From NCBI GenBank assembly GCA_010093605.1, contig MU004195.1, positions 496,001 through 560,000 on the forward strand: a stretch of 64,000 nt of DNA, given 5' to 3'. The stretch's first letter is position 1. Every line of letters begins with the position of its first letter. A model generated the notes under the pieces. The model ran no database searches. It had not been told where the DNA came from and saw only the letters and a list, made by a program, of their open reading frames with translations. The position numbers and the translations under genes were made by a program. Of the stretch, positions 50,360-61,082 are shown piece by piece. The stretch comes from Lophium mytilinum. Lineage: Eukaryota.

Positions 50360-50570
50360 TGTAGTCTTGAATTAGGCGTATTAGACTTTAAGGAGACTAG
50401 ATGTTACTTACCAAGCATCTTCCAAGAGGTAGAGTTTTAAACGCCGACTATCTAAAGATTATATAGTTAAACTATAAGTAGTTTCTATCTCAGCTTTGTA
50501 TAACTATTACTACTGCTTTATTATAGAGAGGCGGCCTCTAGACCCTTATATATTTAAATAGCATTACAAT
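50360..50570. other. Small RIP-like AT/TpA-rich patch
   Basis: Local TpA excess and CpA/TpG depletion between two genes. Confidence 0.45.
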
Positions 50571-50919
50571 TGCACCATCGACTGTACTTCGCGATTTCGG
50601 CCGTCTCCGCTCCGGCACTTGCTACAGCTTTCTCGAAAACGATAGATCGATCGGGAGTGTTTGCCGACGGATACTGACAGAGCGCATCGCTCCACGGCTG
50701 GAGCTACTAGTCCGGCCTAATGGCAGGGCATTACGGCTAGTCCCCTTGCATCTATAGCTATACTGACTAAGCGCTCTAGCAACAAATATAACGTCTTTCT
50801 TACAGCATCTATCTACGATATGCAACCTTTTGTATTGCAGCAACAAAGCAAAACATTCACCGCTTGGTGCACACATTAACCCCATTTCCTGCTCTCCTCT
50901 ACAACCTCAAGCAGCAGAG

Positions 50920-51756
50920 ATGGCAATCAACAACTCGGGAAACCTAGCTTTGCTAATTGATGGCGACAACGTCTCGTCCAAGATCATCGTCGGCCTTATG
51001 GCTGAGATCGCAAACTACGGCACGGCCAGCGTGCGACGCATCTACGGCGACTGGACCAAACCCGACCTCAAGGGCTGGAAAACCCGCCTGCTAGACCACT
51101 CGATACTGCCGATGCAGCAATTCGCATACACCACCGGCAAGAACTCCACCGACGGTGCCATGATCATCGACGCCATGGACCTGATGTACACCGGCCGCTT
51201 CTCCAGCTTCTGTATCGTCTCGAGCGACAGCGACTTCACGCGCCTTGCGGCCCGCATCCGCGAGCAAGGCATCACGGTCTACGGCTTTGGAGAGCGAAAG
51301 ACCAACTCTGCGTTTATTGCGGCCTGCGACAAATTCGTGTACTTCGACGTGCTCAAAGTGCCGGTGTACGAGTCTGAGGAGCCGCTTGCTGCACTTCAAA
51401 AACTCACACTCAGGGCGACTACTACACCTGAACCAACTGCACGACCGTGGGCACTTGCGCGTGTGGAACCGTCGAAAAGGCAGATCGATCAGGCGGCGCT
51501 CGACGGATTGGCAAATGCGGTGAGGAATACCGTTGGCTACGACGAAAATTACGCCAACCTAGCCGAAGTTGGCACATATCTAAGCAAGATCTCGCCCGAC
51601 CTGAACGCGCGCAACTACGGCTATGAGCGCCTTCGGGAATTTGTGCAAGCGTCCGGAATTGTGAACCTGAAGTGGAAGGACATGGGAGACAGTGCTCCGA
51701 TTGCCCTAGTACGTCTCAAAGAAAATCTGGAGAATACTAACTCCCGGACTTCCTAA
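50920..51756 (+). CDS. NYN (LabA/DUF88 PIN-fold) domain + C-terminal OST-HTH/LOTUS protein
   Basis: LALLIDGDN, RRIYGDW, GKNSTDGAMIIDAMD, IVSSDSDFTRLA.RIRE.G..VYGFG, ACDKF; C-terminal LAEVGTYLSKISPDLNARNYGYERLREFV. Intronless. Confidence 0.92.
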   Translation: MAINNSGNLALLIDGDNVSSKIIVGLMAEIANYGTASVRRIYGDWTKPDLKGWKTRLLDHSILPMQQFAYTTGKNSTDGAMIIDAMDLMYTGRFSSFCIVSSDSDFTRLAARIREQGITVYGFGERKTNSAFIAACDKFVYFDVLKVPVYESEEPLAALQKLTLRATTTPEPTARPWALARVEPSKRQIDQAALDGLANAVRNTVGYDENYANLAEVGTYLSKISPDLNARNYGYERLREFVQASGIVNLKWKDMGDSAPIALVRLKENLENTNSRTS

Positions 51757-53025
51757 CGGCAAATTGCCGCGGCTCCAGTCTTCTTATCTTTGTTTATTGT
51801 GGCCCAGCATTTTTTTTGACGGTCTCTTCCTTATGCTCTTGGATTTCAAGCACGTTTCTTATATAAGCTTGGCTCATAAACATTCGTCTCAGGTGAATCA
51901 TTGCGGATCGATACGAACAAATGCAGATTCAATGGGCCTCGTCCACATCGGAACGTTGACAGGTAAATCGCAAAAGCTTCATATCAAGGGACTGGTGAGG
52001 GGCTTTTATGAACTCAAATTTCAAAGAGATGTTCACGAATCTTAACTTTTTCCTATCTTTAGCTCATCTGTTTTGAATTCAAAGTCCACGTGGATATTCT
52101 TTTCAGTTTAGCTAAGGATACAAGGAAGAAGGACGATGAGTCTAGTAAGGGTCTCTTGATAACGCTCCCGGTAGCATGCTCCCTATGATTTCTAGCAACG
52201 CTGAGCGGAAACCCAGCGACGATTTTCGGGTAGCTCTAGGGCATAAAGATGGAGAGGGCCGCGGAATGCATGAAGCTGAGTAGTATGACTCGCTGAGAAA
52301 CGGTCGTCCTACACAGTAACACTTGACTCCAAAATAAAATTATGTTCCACGCTCCATACTTCCATATTCATCATGCAAAGCTTCACAGAAACTCGATGTA
52401 CGAGCAAGAAAACTCCGTTCATCATGCTAGTAGAAATTTGGTACAGTGATTACAGAGTGACATCAAGTCTGTGCTAATTGTCGACCTTGACTGATAGTGA
52501 GAGCTAACACAAAAGAACGACGGTCATATCGAGAGGAATTTTTCTAGGAGTCGTGTTGCCTAGGTACTGCATCAGAACCACCTTCGGTGTCGGTCAAGGC
52601 AATGATTAGCAACTGCTTGCTCAAACGTATATTCCGGTGGCGGAAGATGCAATAGAAGACGTAGTATGGGCTCGTGCCAGGTACAGCATGAAGTAAATTG
52701 AATGCTAAAATCAAGCTCGGGGAGACCAAAGCCAAGGCTTTGAGGCCCAGAAAGGCTATTAACGAGGAGATGAGAGAAACCAGAACGCAAAAAGCACCAA
52801 GAGGATAACGGGCAGCGTGAGTAGACTTGCGAGCCGAAGCCTAATGAAGAGCGCCTATCTCGTCTGGAATGATCTTGCCTTACGTCTCCTCCCAGGTAGA
52901 ATCGGCAAGGCTGAGAGAGCAGACGGCGCTTCAAAGATATCGAGTTCGACATGCTTGCATGCACGCGTTGTCCAATCAGCCCATGCATGACCTTGGCGTG
53001 TCTCGCGAACCTCAGCTGAACTGAG

Positions 53026-55514
53026 ATAGGTCATGAAATCGAGCCCGTCGTATGAGTAAGAGACTCCTCCTACGGGACGGTAGTATGGGATCTTGATTCG
53101 TTCGTGCGCGTTGTTGGGGAGATCGAGGTGTTCCATTTTTGCATAAGGAATTTGTTTCGTTTTGGGAGAGTCGTGGAAAGGTAAGAGGCTGCGCTGGCCC
53201 CAACGCTGCGGCTGGGATCTTTCAGCCTGGTCAGCTATCAGCGACAGACCGTTCGGCTTCTCCTTCTCCTCAAGGCTAGCCACCTCCAACCCTACCCAGT
53301 CGCTCGAAAACCTTGGCCCGTTTTTGCAAACCTGGCTGTCCTTTGGTCTCTTCTCGCGCGTGACAGGACTGAATATAACGACTGCAGACTATCTGAGGCA
53401 GGATGAACAAGGAGATGTGTACGTGACTACTAAAGCATTGCAGGAGTATGGAGATCGCTGGGTAGATTATCTGAACGAAGAGAAAAGCGAGGAGTAGAAG
53501 AGGGATGTTTCGAAAAGGTTGAATTCTCTACGGGACGTTCACCTTATTTTGAACCAAATCGAGAACGTGATCCGGCGGACGTCGGAGGACCCGGTGGTGT
53601 GAATGCCCCAGGGTGTGCTCTTTGAGTTTGGAACCGGCAGCTGGGTCATGTCGGCACCGGAGGAGCGGATGCATAGTAAGACTGTGGCTGCGGTGTTGGC
53701 AGACATCGACTTCTCGTGCCGAATTCTCGCTGCCGCACTGGACGGTAGAAGTGGGAATGGCGCTGGGGCATACGCAAGTCTATTGCTGTTGCTGTATCGA
53801 CGCATGCTCGAGGACGAGTGGTGTCCATTCTACGTCGAGCGGATGAGGTTCACCCTGTCTATTGAGAACCAGGTCCGCGCTTTCGCGCTGGGAAGCGTAC
53901 GCTGTGCACTGGACCACTCGGAATGCAATCAGAGTAGATGCGTGCAAGATCGAGCAAATGGCGGCTACAATCCTGTTCATTGCGTAGCAGGCTGCGAGTG
54001 TGGTCTGATTCGGCCTCCGATGGAGAATATGATTCAAGTATTGAAGAATGGAGATATCCCGGTTCTGGCGTTGAGCGATGAGGAAGATGATGCTTCTAAG
54101 ATGAGAGTATATGCCGCAAAAGACTGTTCGTACGTTGCCATATCCCATGTGTGGGCAGATGGCTTGGGAAATCCAGAAGAGAATGCGATATTACGGTGTC
54201 AGGCTAGACGGTTACATCGGCACCGGCTTTCGTACATGGAAGGAGGAGAAGACCTAGAACACACACGTCGCATTTGACCGAGATCCTGCCGTTCTGGCTG
54301 GATACACTTTGCATTCCTGTAGCACCGGAGCATAAGGATCTGCGTAATGCGTCCATAGTGCAAATGCACCAGATTTACCGAGACGCAAAGGTGACTCTAA
54401 TCTTGGATCAAGACCTGGAGCAGATTGCCCACTGGGAGACCGCTCCAAACGTTCTGGTGCGGATGGCCTTTTCTGCATGGTAAATTTATATAGTCTTGGA
54501 AAGATCCAGGGAGCTAATTAAACGTCAAATAGGAATTCACGGCTCTGGACTTACCAAGAGGGCGCCGCAGCTAAAGAGTTGCACGTTGCGGTAGATGGCG
54601 AATCTATTAATGTCGACATGCTCCTTGACCAATACGAGAACTACGAGCACTTGCAACACGAGTTCAAAGATCTCTTAGCGATATTTGAATTCCGGAATGC
54701 CGCAAACCGCATACTAGCACAGTCGAGCGACTATAGTGACTGGCAAGCTCAATGCATGCTGGTCGCAATCCGTCAAAGGCTGACTAGTCGAGAGGACGAC
54801 GAAGCAATCTGTATTGGTTCATTCTTGGGATTCAACGTATCTGTGGTTCTCGAGGCTGAGCCAGGAGATAGAATGAAAGCTCTTCTACCACTTTTTCCAA
54901 CGGTTCCACCTAATATAATGTTTGGGATTGGCAAGCGCATAGCCGAACAAGGTTTTCGTTGGGCCCCGAAGACCCTTCTCTATCCCAAAGGCGTTGCTTC
55001 AAACACGTTAGACAGAGAAATGCAACCAAAATATGCAACCATAAAGATGCATAAGAGTCTCTACACGGACGCCGGTGCTCTGGAAAGAAAATTGGAGGCA
55101 ATACAACGACCAGACTCTTATCTTCACCCGGAGGGTCTTGGATTGGTAACTTTCTTCCCGAGTATACAGCTTATGGGGGGCGAGGAGCTTATCCAGCACT
55201 TCATCCTCCGTATCGAACCTACGATGGACCGCTTCTCTGTGAGCTTTGAATATGGTATAGATGCGCCATCCCCGAGCATTAGTTTCGATCGACTATCTAT
55301 CCTACATACAGGGGAAGTAGTGGACATGAACTCGTTGGTCGGATTGCGTGGGAATTTGCTCGAACAGACTGGAGAGCAGATTGAAGATCGCACTGCGGCT
55401 CGATATATAGGTTGGGTCTTCAGCACACCACTTGCTGGCAATGAAGTCAGGGACCACGGGACACCGGTAGTAACAGGGATACCACTGGAAGCAAAATGGT
55501 GGCTGGTAGATTGA
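53026..55514 (+). pseudogene. HET-domain pseudogene with inverted 5' end
   Basis: FLQTWLSFGL, GDIPV, YVAISHVWADGLGNPEENAI..CQ, FWLDTLCIP, M.QIYR.A..TLILD, RLWTYQEG, GFRWAP. Stops at 53495 and 53600, frameshift before 54274, intron 54480-54531. The first 37 codons lie on the minus strand (53136-53026). Confidence 0.88.
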
Positions 55515-55588
55515 GGTAGCTTCACGACTCAATCCCCCGTGCTGCCTCATTTCCTATCGTTGTAGAGTGTACGAGTAGGACATCGTGC

Positions 55589-56320
55589 TCACACCCCACT
55601 AATGAAGTCCAACAATCCAAAAAGTAACTTGTTATCAACACTACACCCCTCATTTTGATTCTGTGCCTGTCGAAAGCCTTCGTAAAGCCAGCTCCGAATC
55701 GTGTGTGCATCTAACCCTCGAAAGTTTTGCTGGGAAATAAGGACGTAGGCTTGCGTACACGGCGTGGTGGATTCGTGACCCTTTGCAGGGAAAGAAATAC
55801 AAGAAGATGAGTTGGAGGACATGAGGGCGAGCAGTTCGGGGTCTTCAGTGTATGGAATGTCCAGAGATAGGGTTGGAGCAGAAGTTGATGAAGGCGGGGG
55901 GAAGGCGCATTGTGGGTTTTGGAGTTGACATTGCTGGAGACATGCTTCTGGTAATACTGGTAGTTGTTGATGGCAGACCACGTCTGGTATCTCGAATGCA
56001 GGCGCCTCTGAGGCTAGGTCCTTAGACGTGTTGATATTGTGCCTCGAAGGTATGTATCCAGACTCAACCCTCACCACCACACCGCTTCTCCATCTTTCGA
56101 GCTCTACCCTTGAAAACTCAAGCTCCTTTTTAATCTCCTCCATCGCCTTGTTTGCATCTTCCAAGCTCTGTTCCAACGACGCGATGTAGTCTCGCCGCCT
56201 CTCACGATGTCTTCGCTGATTATTCCGGACGCGTGTGAGGGTATGGGCGGGGGATACGGTATTCCGTTTCTTGACGGGATGGCTAGCAGGCTTATCCAGT
56301 GTATTGATTGTTGGAGGCAT
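55589..56320 (-). CDS. bZIP transcription factor with Cys-containing C-terminal domain
   Basis: Basic region RVRNNQRRHRERRRDYIASLE plus a leucine-zipper-like heptad; C-terminal STTPC..AY.LI.QQN..W...GF...EGC.VDN.LLF.LLD.IS; 7 Cys downstream of the zipper. Confidence 0.85.
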   Translation of the reverse strand: MPPTINTLDKPASHPVKKRNTVSPAHTLTRVRNNQRRHRERRRDYIASLEQSLEDANKAMEEIKKELEFSRVELERWRSGVVVRVESGYIPSRHNINTSKDLASEAPAFEIPDVVCHQQLPVLPEACLQQCQLQNPQCAFPPPSSTSAPTLSLDIPYTEDPELLALMSSNSSSCISFPAKGHESTTPCTQAYVLISQQNFRGLDAHTIRSWLYEGFRQAQNQNEGCSVDNKLLFGLLDFISGV

Positions 56321-56424
56321 TCTTGCTGCGGTCGTTTGTTGACGATTGATAGGTACCTGGACAGGTTAAAGTGGACGTGAAGGGTGACGGAACGTTGGCG
56401 ATCTCGAAATCAGAACGCCAAGAC

Positions 56425-56583
56425 CGGTGACATATCGACGGCACCCTAGCTCCAATTTATATTGTTGTAACCGAAGGTCACACGGCATAGTTCAGATCGT
56501 GAAACTTGTGTTATCGGTGACATATCGACTATATATGAGCTTTAAGCTTCAATGCTGTTAAGCATGCAGCGGTGACATATCAC
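56425..56583. promoter_or_regulatory. Triplicated motif CGGTGACATATC in the bZIP/arsM bidirectional promoter
   Basis: CGGTGACATATCGAC at 56425-56439 and 56515-56529; CGGTGACATATCAC at 56570-56583. Confidence 0.7.
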
Positions 56584-56778
56584 TATTTCAAATGCAGATA
56601 TATATCTGGTCTGAGTGCTTCTCCTTCAACTCCCAATTCCAATAACTCAACTCAAGCCTTAGGTTCTTCAGGCTTAATATTTCATCTCTCTCAATCCCAA
56701 CTTCACTTCCCCTATCAAGCTCTCTAAACTGCACTCCCCAGACTCCAGTCCCAGGCTCCATTCCCAAACTCCGTCCCT

Positions 56779-57901
56779 ATGGATCCCCAAACCATCCACA
56801 CCGCCGTGCAATCCCGCTACGGCACCGCCGCCCTCTCCCCCACCTCCCCGCACAGCACCTCCATCGCCACCGCCTTCGGATACAGCCCCGCCGAACTCTC
56901 CTCCATCCCCAGCGACTCTAACCTGGGCCTCTCGTGCGGCAACCCCCTCGCACTCGCCGCCCTCTCCCCCGGCGAAACCGTCATCGACCTAGGCAGCGGC
57001 GCCGGCTTCGACGTCTTCCTCGCCGCCAAACGCGTCGGTCCCACCGGTCGGGCAATCGGGGTGGATATGAACGACGCCATGCTCGCCCGCGCCAACAAGA
57101 ACCGCGAGAAGTTGGGTCCAGAGGGCGAGAATATCATCTTCATCAACTCCAACATCACAGCGACACCCTTAGAAACTGAGATCGCCGACTGCATCATCAG
57201 CAACTGCGTCATTAACCTCGTCCCCACCTCTCTGAAGCCCCTCGTCTTCTCTGAGATCTACAGGTTGCTTAAACCCGGTGGGCGGGTGGCGGTGTCGGAT
57301 ATCCTGGCTCGCAAGCCGTTGCCGCAGGAGCTGAAGGAGAGTATGGCGCTGCATGTGGGGTGTGTTGCCGGGGCGGAGGAGGTGGGAGCGTACGAGGGAT
57401 GGTTGATGGAGGCGGGGTTTGCTGGTATGTGTTGGCGAGATGAGGTAGAATGATTTGCTGATGAAAATGTAGATGTGCTGATTGTGGACGCGGGGAATGA
57501 TCTGAATGTGTATAAATCTGGCGTGGAAGGGGGTGAGAATGGATGGTATGGCAGTGGGACGGGAGCGCAGACGGAAGGGAGATCTGGGGACTGCTGCGGG
57601 AACGGGAGTGGAGAGGAGAAAGGGAAAGATTGCTGTGATAGGGCTGATTACTGTCATAAGAAAGATTGCTGTAATATAGCTTGTTGCGGCGGTGGGAAGA
57701 AGAAGGATACGTGCTGCGGAGACCGAAACGATGACGGGATCTTGAAGGAAATGACTGCGGAGCACAAGGAACTCGACTTCAATGAATGGGCTGGTAAGTT
57801 ATCCAATTCTCGTACATACTCTGAAGCTGTACATTTCGCTAACGGAGGTGTTTTCAGGGTCGTTCAAGATCTATGCTGTGAAGCCGCAGGTCGAGCACTA
57901 A
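56779..57901 (+). CDS. arsM: Arsenite S-adenosylmethionine methyltransferase with Cys-pair-rich insert
   Basis: NLGLSCGNP, VIDLGSGAGFDVFLAA..VG..GRAIGVDM, IISNCVINL, LKPGGRVAVSD, VGCVAGA. Introns 57425-57472 and 57794-57857; ends DFNEWAGSFKIYAVKP. Confidence 0.93.
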
Positions 57902-58103
57902 GAGTATCGTCAGCACACATCGAAGAGATCTAAACTTACAGGCAACCAATCACTGTTCTTGACGTGGGGGATTTCAATTAATGAACTAAGTCCAGCATGA
58001 ATCAGTGTAGTGAAAACTTAGACCTGGGAACCTTGATTCGCCTCATGAACCAGGCCAGAAGCTCTATGTTCGCTATGCTACAGGACTGCCATCTCATCCC
58101 CAA

Positions 58104-59126
58104 CTAGTTTGTCGGTAATCTGCCCACAACCTCGGCCATCTCTTCATCCGTGTAGATCCTGAAGCCCTTCGCCTTGGTGACACTCGCCAGCTGCACATTC
58201 TTCGAGTCCAGCTTCTCCTCCATGACCTGCTTCAGTGTCTTAAGCACCAGCACCTCGGCCTCCTCGAGCGAGAGAGACTTGTGAAACTCGTTCTGGAGCT
58301 CGGCTTGAGCACCCTCGGAGCCAGATCCTATGGCCTTGGCATCGTAGCGGTAGAATGTGCCGGAGGGTTCCGCGTGATATCTGTGTTCCAGTCAGCTAGT
58401 TTCTCTGTGTTTCCTTGCCCACAAATTATAGCGCCATAACCTACAGCGATGGTCCATCCTCATCGTATCCCGCGATAAGCAAAGCCACACCAAACGGCCG
58501 GCTCATGATGCTCTCCTCGCCCTCCGCACCCTCGCCAAATCGCAGCGCCAGATCGCATATCGCCTGTGTGCAGCTCTCAACCCGCAGCGGTTCGTTGTAG
58601 TGGAAGGCGTGGTTCTGTGACTCGACGCGGGCGTGCTCGACCATGGAGCGGGCGTCGGCCTGCAACCCAGACATGGCGCATCCAATGTGGCTGTCGATCT
58701 CAACAATCTTTTCGACAGAGGAGGTTTCGAGGAGAGTGGAGGTCACGCGCTTTTCGACGCCGAGGATCACGCCCTCGCCGGTTGCGACCTGGAGGTTTGT
58801 GAGCTTGTGTGGGGAGATTGAGTGTCTGTTGGTATTGGGATTTGAGGGCGAGCTTACGCCTATTGCCGTAGAGCCAAGCTTAATGGCTTCGAGGGAGTAT
58901 TCGACTTGGAAGAGGCGGCCTTCTGGCGAGAAGGTGCTGAGAAATTGTGAGCGGAGCTGGAGGAGAGGGTTTGAGGGTTCACCAACTTGATGCCACGATC
59001 TAAGTTTTATGTGATTAGCTAGGTTTCTATGCGCATGTAGGATACTCTACTTACCATATTCGCTGCGAGCTATGAACTACCAAATGTCAGCGCACATAGA
59101 CAGATATTTGGAGGTTGAAGTACCAT
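58104..59126 (-). CDS. PUP2: 20S proteasome subunit alpha-5
   Basis: [96 protein letters not shown]; multi-exon. Confidence 0.96.
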
Positions 59127-59605
59127 GATGCCTGTCTATTCTCGAAATACAGGGCTGTTTGAGGAAGCCGAGGATTTAGTGGGGGAGGATGGAGGAGAGG
59201 CGACAGGTCACAGAGATGAGGCGGTCGGAAAGGTGGTTTCTTGGGGAAAGCAGGCAGGATGGTGAACGGTGTTGTCGTCGAGCTTGAGCTCCTTCAAGGC
59301 AACATGAGCCGCGTCGTGAAGCTAAGGCCATGCCAAGAATTGATGCACGTGATTAATTGCGACAGCCCAGAAGTTGTTTTCATTCTATATCTTCGGGAAA
59401 GAGACTGATGTGAGATTGAGTTTATTAGTAGATCACGATGAACCAATTCTTATTGCGGAAGGATAGAGGGTGTCCAACCTATCTCCGCTACCCAAGTACG
59501 TACCAAAGTCTCCTCCGCCAAAACACCGACTCTCTTCTCTCAACCACCATCCCACCTGGATTTCGACGCGCGCAACTACCAACATTCCACCAATCTCACT
59601 ACTTA

Positions 59606-59830
59606 ATGAGCGTGAAGGCTGTTTCAGAAGCTTTTTACTGTCTCCAGCGGATCTGTGCTCCGATTCGTAGAATAGAATACCTGAACAAGATCGCAGGCTC
59701 ACATTTCTCCTGCAAGTCTCTGCAAGCTGAGGCCACCAAGCTTCTCGATCACCACATCAAGTTCCATACCTACTTTAACATAGCAAGGCGTTCACGTGGG
59801 CAATGGTATCGAGGTGCATTTAGGTTTTAG
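59606..59830 (+). pseudogene. Degenerate fragment paralogous to the F-box gene at 63679
   Basis: 59711-59746 (CKSLQAEATKLL) matches 63772-63807 (CKSLHAEATKLL) at 32/36 nt; the upstream part is frameshifted. Confidence 0.6.
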
Positions 59831-61082
59831 ATCGCGTAGTCAAATGGGTGGTACTCTATTTTCTTATCGTCATCTGTAAGCAGCCCCATCAGCCAAGCCT
59901 CGAAGTATGCATTATGCCAAGCGTCTTGATATACAAAGTGGGCTTCCTAGTGCGTGAAGTGTGCGAATAGAAGGTCGTATCATGCTCCTAAACCCTCATT
60001 GGTGTTCTTTATCTGAGATTGGTATGTGTATATACGTAGGTTCCAGACCATCTCCTCCTTTGAGAGCAAAGTTTCTCTAGGTCTTTTTTGCCAACCTTTT
60101 CGCCTCCCATCTCACTATAATGAGCTCTCCTTGAATCGACTCAACTCAGCCTTCGATGATATCTCGTATGTATACCACGGTCAATGCTTTGGTACAGTTG
60201 TATCTATTATGGTGTGTGTTACCACGTTAGCGACTGCTAGCTACTCATGCTGTTTAAGAGTGAGATGCTCTCTTACCTAACGTGATACTGTGGATATCAG
60301 GTGAGCTGGAGGTATGTGTGGTGACGGGGGTCTGGGCATTGCCTCGGAAGGACAGGCGATGGTACAAAAGTGGGCCGATTTTGTTATCATACTGATCTAC
60401 CTCTGCTTGTTCCTAGACTATCAACATGCTAGCTGAGCGAGAAGACACAGGAACAGTCGGGATGCCTAATTGCAACCGCGTCGGTCTGCATACGAACTTC
60501 AGTGTCCTCAAATATTTAAAAGCCTAACATTTTCCGGCGCCATATATGATGGCGTTTGGCATTAGTAGATCTTAGTATGTAATCCTTCGATAGCGTTACC
60601 CCACAGCCGTCCTAAGGGTGAAATCTAAGGATGAACCAACTTAAGTCCTCAGAGTAGGCCAGATCTCTAGTCACATGGTCTGTTGCACGTGATCTCTGGA
60701 CTTGACCTCGGCCTAAGGCCTGTAACCTCTATCACTACCTCGTGACTACGCGTCTTTACCTGCTTCAAGCGTTCCTCTTTGTATGTAAGCGCCTTCTCGC
60801 ATCAAGCCTGTTCCTACGCTTTTTCTGGCCTCTCCAGTTACAATGTTGTGTTTTTGGTCCCTCGGAGCGGGGTAATACATATCATGTCGTCAACGATAAT
60901 CAAGGCTCAGGTCGCACGAGGAGAACGCCCGCATAAAGAACGATCGCGTCATCGACGAAGTACCGCGATGTTTCCTTCTACTCTCCGCTTTGATTCGAGA
61001 AGAGGTATGGAACAAATCAGCCACACTTACTAACGCTAAGGTTAGCAGATCTTGGTACTGGCCCCGGGCTGTTCTCTTTAGT

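Noticed and set aside
53026..53197. Recombinase-driven phase-variation switch
   Set aside because: No flanking inverted repeats, no recombinase in the window, and the gene carries additional stops and a frameshift.
58104..59126. Proteasome alpha-5 next to arsM as part of an arsenic-stress cluster
   Set aside because: Convergent housekeeping gene without the CGGTGACATATC motif; adjacency alone is not evidence.
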